Positions 11,807 through 21,941 of a stretch of 64,000 bases of DNA are shown piece after piece. The DNA comes from Macrostomum lignano. Its lineage: Eukaryota. The position numbers were made by a program, and so were the translations under genes. The stretch spans positions 62,001-126,000 of the forward strand of contig NIVC01000673.1 of assembly GCA_002269645.1 (NCBI GenBank), written 5' to 3'. The notes beneath the pieces were generated by a model, which made no database searches, was not told the origin of the DNA, and saw only the letters and a program-made list of their open reading frames with translations. How positions within the stretch are numbered: position 1 is the first letter of the stretch; each line of letters begins with the position of its first letter.

Positions 11807-13869
11807 ATGGCTACCAACCTCACTTCCGTTGTCGGCCTGCCGCCCGGCTGGAAGCGCGAGGAGTCGCTGAAGCAGTCCGGTTTGTCCTCGGGCAAGACCG
11901 AAGTCTATTATGTCAGCCCCGGCGGCAGGAAGCTGCGGAACCGGGTGGAACTGCAGCGAGCTCTGGGCGATCGATATGATCTCAGTAATTTCGACTGGCG
12001 CACAGGCAGGTTTCACCCCTATGCTAGGCCTCAGCAACACCAGCACCAGCATCATCACCAGCATCATCAACAGGCTTCGTTACAGTCGGCTGGTCGGATA
12101 AAGACTCCAGCCGACATGCTCTCGTCTGCTGCCGCCGCTGCTGCTGCTGCCGCGGCTGCCGCCGCTGCCACCACTTCGCAGGCAACCAGTTCGCGATCTG
12201 GCGCAGGCGCCGGCTCTTCGGCCTCCAGCCGGGCAGTCACGGATCCGTCGTTGCGATTGCCGGTCAGACAGACCGCTTCTATGCTGAGGCAGTCGGTGAG
12301 TGGCTTTTGCAGCTGATTGCGTTATGGCTATGAGATATGTTGCTTGTAGAAATTGCAAATGCTGACTCAAATTCTGACCAACTGCTAACTTACATGCTGA
12401 CCTACATGCTGACCCAAATGCTGACTCAAATGCTGACCCAAATGCTGACCTACATGCTGACACAAATGCTGACTTAAGTGCTGACCTACTGCTGACCCAA
12501 ATGCTGACCCAAATGCTGACTCAAGTGCTGACCTACATGCTGACTCAAATGCTGACCCACTGCTGACCTACATGCTGACCTACATGCTGACCCAAATGCT
12601 GACTCAAATGCTGACCCAAATGCTGACTCAAATGCTGACCCAAATGCTGACTCAAATGCTGACCCAAATGCTGACTCAAATGCTGACCCAAATGCTGACC
12701 TACATGCTGTCCTACACGCTGACCCAAATGTTGACTCAAATGCTGACCCACTGCTGACCTACATGCTGACACATGCTGACTCAAGTGCTGACCTACATGC
12801 TGACCCAAATGCTGACCTACACGCTGACCCAAATGCTGACTTAAATGCTGACCCAAATGCTGACCTACACGCTGACCCAAATGCTGACTTAAATGCTGAC
12901 CCACTGCTGACCTACATGCTGACCAAATGCTGACTCAAATGCTGACTCAAGTGCTGACCTACATGCTGACCCACATGCTGACCCATGAACTGATCCCTTA
13001 TGCCTGACCCATGAACTGATCCTTTATGCCTGACCCATGAACTGATCCCATATGCCTGACCCATGAACTGATCCCATATGCCTGACCCATGAACTGATCC
13101 CTTATGCCTGACCCATGAACTGATCCCATATGCCTGACCCATGAACTGATCCCATATGCCTGACCCATGAACTGATCCCATATGCCTGACCCATGAACTG
13201 ATCCCATATGCCTGACCCATGAACTGATCCCATATGCCTGACCCATGAACTGATCCCATATGCCTGACCCATGAACTGATCCCATATGCCTGAGCCTGAC
13301 CCATGAACTGATCCCATATGCCTGACCCATTAACTGATCCCATATGCCTGACCCATGAACTGATCTCATATGCCTGACCCACATGCTGACTCACGCACCC
13401 GCAGGTGGAGCTGGTCCGCGGCCACCCAGACAGCCGGCGCAACGATCTGCAGCACGGGCCCAAAGACCGGCCCCGCCAGCTATTCTATCACAAGCGATTC
13501 GACAATCTGCGCGCCTGCGACCCGGACACTGGCGAGCCCAGTCCGGAGATTGGCCTGCCGAAGCACCTGCAACCGGCCGGTGGCGGCCCGGTCACCGGCA
13601 CCGACCAGCTGGTGCTCAGCGTTGCCGACTGTCTCAGCAGTGTCGGCGGTGGCCACTCCGGCGCTGTAGCCGTTGTCGGCCAGCAGAACTGCAAAGCATT
13701 CGAAAAGAATCCGCACGTGTCCGTGAACCCGGACCAGCCGCTGGTTCGCTATCATCTGGTGTCTGACGACGAGGTCCGCCAGCAGGAGGCCGTGGTGCGC
13801 GAGGCTCGTCGAAGGCTGGCCTTGGCCCTGCGGCTGTTCAAAGCTGGCAGGGAGGCTTCGGCAGCTTAA
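11807..13869 (+). CDS. MBD2/3: Methyl-CpG-binding domain protein MBD2/3 (about 317 aa)
   Basis: Exons 11807-12295 and 13405-13869 (phase 0, GTGAGT...GCAG). MBD LPPGWKREE..SGLSSGKTEVYYVSPGG; junction LPVRQTASMLRQS|VELV; PRQLFYHKRF; C-terminal VSDDEVRQQEAVVREARRRLALAL coiled coil. Confidence 0.93.
12355..13390 (+). repeat. Compound intronic minisatellite: 12-bp GCTGACCCAAAT array, then 26-bp TGCCTGACCCATGAACTGATCCCATA array
   Basis: Fills the MBD2/3 intron; switch of unit near 12980. Confidence 0.97.
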
Positions 13870-13891
13870 TGGACTCGCTTTGTTCTTGTAT

Positions 13892-14027
13892 TGGTTGCTA
13901 AGCAACGGGTTAGTTTGCTTAGCAACGGGTTAGTTTGCTTAGCAACGGGTTAGTTTGCTTAGCAACGGGTTAGTTTGCTTAGCAACGGGTTAGTTTGCTA
14001 AGAAACGGGTTGGTTTGCTTAGCAACG
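13892..14027 (+). repeat. 20-bp tandem repeat GCTTAGCAACGGGTTAGTTT (about 7 copies)
   Basis: AGCAAC recurs at 13901, 13921, 13941, 13961, 13981 and 14021, directly after the MBD2/3 stop. Confidence 0.95.
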
Positions 14028-14824
14028 TTTATGCTTAGTTTGCATGGCAATTGGCAAATAGAGATGTTATTTAGGAACTGTAGAAGTGAAAAATTCATTC
14101 TTGTACCAGCTTTCTCTGTCTGGCTCTCTAGCCTACCAGCATCCTTCATCCCGTCTTATGCCCTCAGTTATGTTTTTTTGCGTCTGTCTGTCCTGCGTCC
14201 CATTAGCAAGTTTTTGTGTACATAATTTTGTCATTTGGGGTTTCACTTATATAATACTGCTTGTACATGTACCGTAATGTGCGAAGCTAATACCCACATC
14301 AAGTTAACGTAATATTCTTTTATTGTTGTATGTCTATAAAAAGTACAAACTTAATCTGCCCTTATCCGCTATGGAGCTGATTATTCCCTAAGCTGTTGCT
14401 TATAAACAAAAATTTCGTTAGCAAATTTATCTGTAATATATTACTTATATAAGTAGCTATGTTTGCTTCCCAGTGAATTTAATACGCCGTTTGCTTATGG
14501 TTCATTCAGAATTGGCAATTATAAGGTTATAATTTTATGCTGACTTTTTTGTTTAAACTGACAATGTTAATAAAACTGTGTAAGTTATCGCGCTAGCTGT
14601 TCCCGCGAAAATGAAAATTATAATTCTGAATTCTGAATGAATGGCGTTTCGTGTTGTTCTTTATTTATGCTTGATATATATGATCTAGTCAGTTAGAACT
14701 GTATGCTCAGGTTGATTGCTTGTGGTGGATTTTTAAAAAAAATATGAGGAGTGTTCTTAAACATACTCTTAGCTCAAGAGTCTACACAGTCTAATCTTCA
14801 TCTGAGCCCTTCCCTCACCTTCTC

Positions 14825-15400
14825 TCTTATCTTGCTCTCCCTCCCTTCCCCTCTCCGTCTCCCTCTCTCCCCGCTCCGTCTCCCTCCCCCCGCTGTCTCC
14901 CTCCCCCCGCTGTCTCCCTCTCCCCGCTGTCTCCCTCTCCCCGCTGTCTCCCTCCCCCCCGCTGTCTCCCTCTCCCCCTCTCCGTCTCCCTCTCCCCGCT
15001 CCGTCTCCCTCCCCCGCTGTCTCCCTCCCCCGCTGTCTCCCTCCCCCCTCTCCGTCTCCTTCTCCCCGCTCCGTCTCCCTCCCCTCCCCCGCTGTCTCCC
15101 TCCCCCTGTCGCTGTCTCCCTCCCCCCGCTGTCTCCCTCCCCCCTCTCCGTCTCCCTCCCCCCGCTGTCTCCCTCCCCCCGCTGTCTCCCTCCCCCGCTG
15201 TCTCCCTCCCCCCTCTCCGTCTCCCTCCCCCCGCTGTCTCCCTCCCCTCCATCTTCCTCCCCCTCCCACCCTCCGTCTACCTCACCCTCCTCCCTCTCCC
15301 ACTCCCCGCGCCGTCTCCTCTCTTCCCTTTTCTCCCTTTTCTCCCTCTCCTTCCCTCCTTCTCTGCCTTTCTCCACGTCTAACCCTTTCTCTCTTTCCCT
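14825..15400. repeat. C/T-rich degenerate repeat (TCTCCCTCCCCCCGCTG)
   Basis: Low-complexity tract between MBD2/3 and DUSP; overlapping ORFs are artefacts. Confidence 0.93.
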
Positions 15401-15604
15401 CTGCCAAGATCAATCGAGCAAGCAAAAACTTTCTTTTCTCAAAAACTTCTTGACGTCTCCAGTATGTGCGCATAAAAAAGTTGCCATGCACCTGCATGGT
15501 AGGAGATTGATTTACAAGCTGACAATTTATGGTGCTATAAAGAGGAACTGAGAGGTACAATACAATACAAGCTAAACCTGTTATTTTCCCGCACCTGGTG
15601 ACCC

Positions 15605-18600
15605 ATGCCTGACTACCGGTTCTCCATGGACCAGGTGATCCCAGGCCTGTGGCTTGGCGGTCGCAACGCGGCCAAGAATGCTCAAGTGCTCCGATCCAGA
15701 CGGGTCAGCCGCGTTCTAACAGTGGACGATTTGAACCTGCCAGACCGTCTGTTGGAGCAGTTTGACGATGGAGCACATCGGTTTGTTCGGCTTGAGGATC
15801 ACGCCAGGGAGGACCTGCTGAACCGGCTGCAGGAGTGCCTGCAGTTTATTGGCGAAGCCTTGGAAGGCGGGCACAATGTACTGGTGCACTGGTGCGCGCA
15901 CTCTGCTGGCTTTGGACGGGAAAAGCTGGGGGGGGGTTGCTGAGTTCGCTAGCTGGATGATGCTGATATGCTGATGGGTTTGTCTAGGAGGATGTGATTA
16001 AACCCAGGGGCGTCGCCACCGGAGGGGGGACAGGGGGGCATGTCCCCTCCAGTAAAAGCTATGGGGGGGGACATGCCAATGCTTTGTCCCCCCACCCTCA
16101 CCTTGTTGAATGTTGACCCGTTATGTTATGGAAATCAATAATTTTGCTTCAGGGCGACAAAACATAACGCCTACAGCACCAAAATCAGTGCCTACAGCAC
16201 CAAAATGAGTGCCTGCAGCACCAAAATGAGTGCCTGCAGCACTAAAATAAGTGCCTGCAGCGCCAAAATGAGTGCCTGCAGCGCCAAAATGAGTGCCTGC
16301 AGCGCCAAAATGAGTGCCTGCAGCGCCAAAATGAGTGCCTGCGGCGCCAAAATGAGTGCCTGCGGCGCCAAATGAGTGCCTGCGGCGCCAAATGAGTGCC
16401 TGTGGCGCTAAAATGAGTGCCTGCAGCGCCAAAATGAGTGCCTGCGGCGCCAAAATGAGTGCCTGCGGCGCCAAAATGAGTGCCTGCGGCGCCAGAATGA
16501 GTGCCTGCGGCGCCAAATGAATGCCTGCGGCGCCAAATGAATGCCTGCGGCGCCAAAATGAGTGCCTGCAGCGCCAAAATGAGTGCCTGCGGCGCCAAAA
16601 TGAGTGCCTGCGGCGCCAGAATGAGTGCCTGCGGCGCCAAAATGATTGATGACAACACCGATTCGAAAATAATGTACATGTAGGAATTTAGTCATGAACA
16701 TGTAGAATTCTCGGCTTTGTCCACCCCACCATAAAATCCATGGCGACGCCCCTGATGAAACCTTTAATTCTTAATAATACGATTTCTTGCAAATAGTTGC
16801 GGTGGAGTAAAGATTAGTAATAGTAACATCCTTTTAAGACAAAAAGTACACTAAACATACATAGATAGGGACAACTGCAAGTTTTTCAAAACCTTGTCAC
16901 TAAACCATCTCTTGATCAAGCAAAAGCGTAGAGGAGATTATGCTAATGTAGAGAGGAATGTACAGATTTTTTGGGTAGCATGACAGCAGCTCTGGCTCTC
17001 GTGCCACAACCCCCTGGTTCTCCTGAGTGGCCTGCAATTATTTTTATTAGTGTACATCGTCTAATAACGATGTCGACATTGTCTCCCAACCTCGCGTACT
17101 CGAACACACGCTCACACAGGGTCCATCATGTGTGAGAATCGCACGACAAATCTTCCCCAAGGGCTACTCAAGTAGAAGCTGGACGGGAAACCTCGTTGCC
17201 AGGGAAAATTGTAGAAGGCAGGTTTTCCGAAAAAATACACAACCGAGATGGCGTAGCTCATTGGTTTTATAAATCAATTTTATCATTCTTAGCTGACTGT
17301 GTAACAATATGTATAACAGGGATGGTAAAATAGGTTCATAAAACCAAAGTCGAGCTGTGCCATGAATTTTTATGATTCTTAGGTACAGGAAATGTACTTA
17401 GAATAAAAAATTAGCATAGAATCCTAATTTTCTAAACGAAAAGCTTTATGAATATCAATAAAGCTGTAGGAAAGGCACAACATATCAAAAGATGAACATT
17501 GGGTCTGCATGCCTCCTATCGAAAGCAATAACAGTTTTTGTGCTCAAAAATGAAAACCTCCTATCTCGGTAGTGTATTTTTTTGGAAAAGTCTGCCTTTT
17601 ACAATTTTCCAGGAAACGAGATTTCCCTTAAGCTTCTACTTAAGTAGTCCTTGTGCTGTCCTTGCAAATCCGCTAGCCTATTTTCGTGTACGCAAGCCCC
17701 AACTCGGACCAAGGGCCTCGGAGCGAGAGTCGGAAGTGCTTGCCGCTGAGCTGACCGATCAATCAATCTCAACCATTCCAGTCGGGTGGGCGTCTCTCGC
17801 AGCGCATCCGTTGTCATCGCTTACCTGATGCAGAGTCAGCAGCTGGCCTTTCAATCGGCTTATGATTTGGTCAAAGCAGGCCGGCCTGTCATTGGGTGAG
17901 TCTGGCCGTGTGAAGTGAGGCATTCACTGATAGCTTTGCTCAGAGTTCACCAGACCAACCTGTTTCAAAATCCCCTTCTCTGCAGACCAAACGACGGTTT
18001 TGTAGAACAGCTGCGTCTGTTTGAGCAGATGGGCTGTCAAGTTGACAAAGACCACGCCGGCTACAAAGAGTTAGTAGAGCGGCTGAAAGAGGAGACTGCA
18101 ATTTTGGAGAATTCTAAACTACCTGCTCCATCGCCTCGCCAGGGTGACTTAAGTTAGTGACTCAAGTGACTCAAAAATGATTTTCATTTTTTTATAAAAC
18201 TGCAATATGATTTTTGTGCTTTTTATTGTTTTTCACGAGTATAAATACATGTACATATTGTCTGTTGATATCTAAGGGAGCGGTACACCTCTACAGGTAA
18301 GGAGGCAATTAAAGTTTAATTGTCACTTATTTTCAGAGTCTAACCGTGCGTTTTCTGACCGTGCATTGCTTTTTATCTGCAGGTACTTATTTTTTATTAG
18401 AGGCAGGGGGGTTGTGTGCACCCTGGCGCACTTTAAGCGACATAGGCACACAACCGGCGAGAGGCATTACTGCCCATTCCGCCGACTCCCCTGAGCAGGC
18501 ACACAAGCGCGCGGATACGTACGCAGGCACACACTCACACAGGAGTGTACAGCGGCCCTAACTTTATTTATCGTTAGGCATGTACACTTCACTGCGCCTT

Positions 18601-20302
18601 GGGGGGTTGGCTCTCAAGGCCGTTAATTGCACGAGCAGAGACAAGCCGAGATTCCAATTCAGCCCCAAATTAATGTGACTGCACTTGGAATCGAACCTGG
18701 GTCGCTGGCACACCAGAGCAGCTGCGCTACCGCTGGGCTACGGCCCCCCTCTGCAGGTATTTACTTGATGGATGAAGTTTTTATCATTCGAAAAAAAATT
18801 TCCAAGAAAATACAGTTACATTCATTTGCTAGCAGAACAGTATCTCAAAGGGTGAAATAAGTTAATTTAAATCAGGATTATTTTCTTTCAATTCATTTTA
18901 GAGGTCGTGAAAAGCATGGATTGTGATCAAATGCTACACGCCCTTAGGCGTTTTGTTGCTCGAAGAGGGATACCATCTGTAGTCAGTGACAACGCGCACG
19001 CACCTTTCGAGCCGGAACTAAATTAATTGGTGCGCAAATTTCCGAAGACTTGCAGGCGTTTTGTTCATCAAGGAAAATCAGCTGGCATTTCATTCCTGAG
19101 CGAGCCCCGTGGTGGGGAGGTTTCTGGGAGAGGCTCATTGGATTAGTGAAGATGTCACTTAAAAAAGCAGCAAAACGTCAACTCCTAGACTTTGATCAGT
19201 TTGTGATGAGACCGAAGCAGTGGTGAACTGTCGGCCGCTGCTGTATGTGTCATCTGATGACAGCACCGAGGTGATCACACCGTCGCACTTTATTGCAGCG
19301 GGACGACTCACTCAAGAATCTGGCGGGGTTGAGAACGATGGTGAGTCGTTGCTGCCACTTCCAAGAAGATTAAAGATGCTCAGAGCTGCGCTAGATTGGT
19401 TTTGGCACCAGTGGAAAACAGACTATCTTCAGGCGCTTCATCAAAAGGCTTTGAAGGACCATCCTGAAGGTCGTGTACCACGTGTTGGTGAAATGGTTCT
19501 GCTTGTCGGGGAAGTCCACCAGCCGAGGCTGAGGTGGAGGCTTGGCTTGGTTGAAGAGATTCGCGTTGGCCGTGACGGTGCAGTCCGTTCGGCAGTCGTC
19601 CGAGTGTCGGGTGCTGGGAATTCCCGACGCTGGGAGCGGGTGAGGAGACCAGTTCAATTTTTGGTGCCGCTAGAGATTCAGTCTTAAGTCTCGTTTTTTT
19701 GCGCTTGGCTTCGGCTACTGAATTTTCAAATTTCGTCGTTATATCGATAGTCTGTTTGGTTGATTTGGTTGGTTATGTTAAATTGCGTTGTTATTTTCTG
19801 CGTTTGCGTTTAGCGTTTTTTTGAGTTTTGCAATTCTCATCATTTTTCCGGTAATTGGGTTTATTTTCCATCCCGTTTTGAATTGACATTTTATAGTAAA
19901 GTCCAAATTAGTTTATCTGCTTTTTTCCTTGAGAATCTTTCGTTTGGGTTATTGTTAAATTTGATTAATTTCACTCAATGTATCTCATTACAATTGATTT
20001 CCACCATTAGTTACATCGAATATATTGTTAAAATTTGTGTTTTTATTCGAAGGTTAATTTTCTGAGAAAAAATGCTTCCCATTTTTTGGGGAGTGTCGCG
20101 TTCTTTGGCGCATGCATGCTATTGGAGTGGTTAAATCTATTATCGATTTAATTACAAGCCTATCACTATCAAGCCTATCACAGAATCGGCACAATCGCCT
20201 TCAGAAGCGCTGCTTGTTGGACGATATCGCCCAAATCTGCTTGCCCAAATCCTGGATTCGCAGCACGCAACAGACCAGGACGCGACCCTTCGTGAATTAT
20301 AA
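15605..20302 (+). CDS. Atypical dual-specificity phosphatase, DUSP12/YVH1-like catalytic domain
   Basis: Exons 15605-15891, 17782-17895 and 17986-18143, plus tentative 20184-20302 (otherwise read-through to stop 18157). Spliced active site VLVHC-RVGVSRS (CX5R), AYLM, PNDGFVEQLRLFEQMG; phases 2/2/1 match. Confidence 0.85.
16005..16754. mobile_element. hAT-like MITE carrying an internal 21-bp minisatellite
   Basis: TIR CAGGGGCGTCGCCA; flanks ATTAAACC/ATGAAACC (7/8); GCCTGC(A/G)GCGCCAAAATGAGT array at about 16180-16645. Confidence 0.88.
17038..17760 (-). mobile_element. Diverged tRNA-derived SINE interrupted by a MITE
   Basis: Minus strand: A-box-like GTCAGCTCAGCGG and CCGACTCTCG head near 17755, TGCGATTCTCACACATGA and CCTGTGTGAGCGTGTG body, TAATAAAAA tail near 17040; motifs shared with the 57850 copy. 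Confidence 0.6.
17158..17653. mobile_element. CAAGG-ended MITE, copy 2
   Basis: About 90-bp imperfect TIR (CAAGGGCTACTCAAGTAGAAGCT.../...AGCTTCTACTTAAGTAGTCCTTG); interior near-identical to the 30516 copy; no TSD seen. Confidence 0.88.
18390..18749 (-). mobile_element. tRNA-derived SINE (young copy)
   Basis: 5' GGGGCCGTAGCCCAGCGGTAG (A box), GGTTCGATTCC (B box), A-rich tail; TSD TCTGCAGGTA(C/T)TTA (13/14); near-identical to 55609-55970. Confidence 0.93.
18895..20110 (+). mobile_element. BEL/Pao LTR-retrotransposon 3' fragment (integrase core, C-terminal domain, PPT)
   Basis: LRRFVARRGIPSVVSDNA, WHFIPERAPWWGGFWERLIGLVK, VNCRPL, ITPSHF, FWHQWKTDYLQAL, WRLGLVEEIRVGRDGAVRSAVV..RPVQFLVPLE; frameshifted; GGGGAG then TGT at 20094 fits a PPT/LTR start. 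Confidence 0.9.
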
Positions 20303-20429
20303 ATTATTGTTTACACAACTGGCTTGGGAATTCCTGAATTTCACCATTAACAAACCGCCATGTCCCCAAATAGGAAATTCTACAATTTAATAGGTGACCT
20401 CGGTGAACTCTTTCCTGCATCCAAACAAG

Positions 20430-21497
20430 AGATCTCCCCAAAAATCCCGACACAGGTAGAAATCTCCCCACAAGTCCCGACACAGATAGAAATCTCTCCC
20501 ACAAATCCCGATACAGGTAGAAATCTCCCCCACAAGTCCCGACACAGGTAGAAATCTCCCTCCCACAAATCCCGATACAGGTAGAAATCTCCCCCACAAA
20601 TCCCGACACAGGTAGAAATCTCTCCCACAAGTCCCGACACAGGTAGAAATCTCCCCACAAATCCCGACATAGGTAGAAATCTCCCCCACAAATCCCGACA
20701 CAGATAGAAATCTCTCCCACAAATCCCGACACAGGTAGAAATCTCCCCCACAAATCCCGATACAGGTAGAAATCTCCCCCCCCACAAATCCCAACACAGG
20801 TAGAAATCTCCCCCACAAATCGCGACACAGATAGAAATCTCTCCCACAAATCCCGACACAGGTAGAAATCTCCCCCACAAATCCCGATACAGGTAGAAAT
20901 CTCTCCCACAAATCCCGATACAGGTAGAATCTTCCCCATCCCACAAATCCCGATGCAGGTAGAAATCTCTCCCACAAATCCCGACACAGGTAGAAATCTC
21001 TCCCACAAATCCCGACACAGGTAGAAATCTCCCCCAAAAATCCCGACACAGATAGAAATCTCTCCCACAAATCCCGATACAGGTAGAAATCTCCCTCCCA
21101 CAAATCCCGACACAGATAGAAATCTCTCCCACAAATCCCGACACAGATAGAAATCTCTCCCACAAATCCCGACACAGGTAGAAATCTCTCCCACAAATCC
21201 CGATACAGGTAGAAATCTCTCCCAGAAATCCCGACACAGGTAGAAATCTCTCCCACAAATCCCGACACAGGTAGAAATCTCTCCCACAAATCCCGACACA
21301 GATAGAAATCTCTCCGACAAATCCCGACACAGGTAGAAATCTCCCCCACAAATCCCGACACAGGTAGAAATCTCCCCCACAAATCCCGACACAGGTAGAA
21401 ATCTCTCCCACAAATCCCGACACAGGTAGAAATCTCTCCCACAAATCCCGACACAGGTAGAAATCTCCCTCCCACAAATCCCGACACAGGTAGAAAT
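20430..21497. repeat. About 31-bp minisatellite ACAGGTAGAAATCTCTCCCACAAATCCCGAC
   Basis: About 34 copies; the long minus-strand ORFs here are artefacts. Confidence 0.96.
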
Positions 21498-21941
21498 GCC
21501 AGCAGTTCAAGTTTATCTTTCCTTTAATCATGAAATGCAAAATGTTTTTTTTCAGACGCCAATTTTACTATCAATTTATATTCTGAGCTCGATGGGTCAG
21601 TGTTGTGGTCATTCACAAATGACATTCAAAAAATTCAGCAAAGCAGACCTAGAATTAGTGAACTTTTTATGCACGAGAGGAGTTCAGCCATAACCCAAGA
21701 CATCAATTGCAATAACAATCCGAAAAATTTCTATGTATTGTGTTGCTTTGTTGTAAAAATAAAATTTGTAAAAATTTCGATTTTGTTAGCTCGTAGAACA
21801 AACTTGCCTATAGTTCTGGCCATAGACGGCAGGACGGGGCTCGAGTGCCTGCTCGAGTCGAATTGCATCCGCGATGTTTTTCCTCAAACCAGCTCAAAAA
21901 TATTCATAGCCGCATCAGCCATACGATCAAGTTGTCCAACA

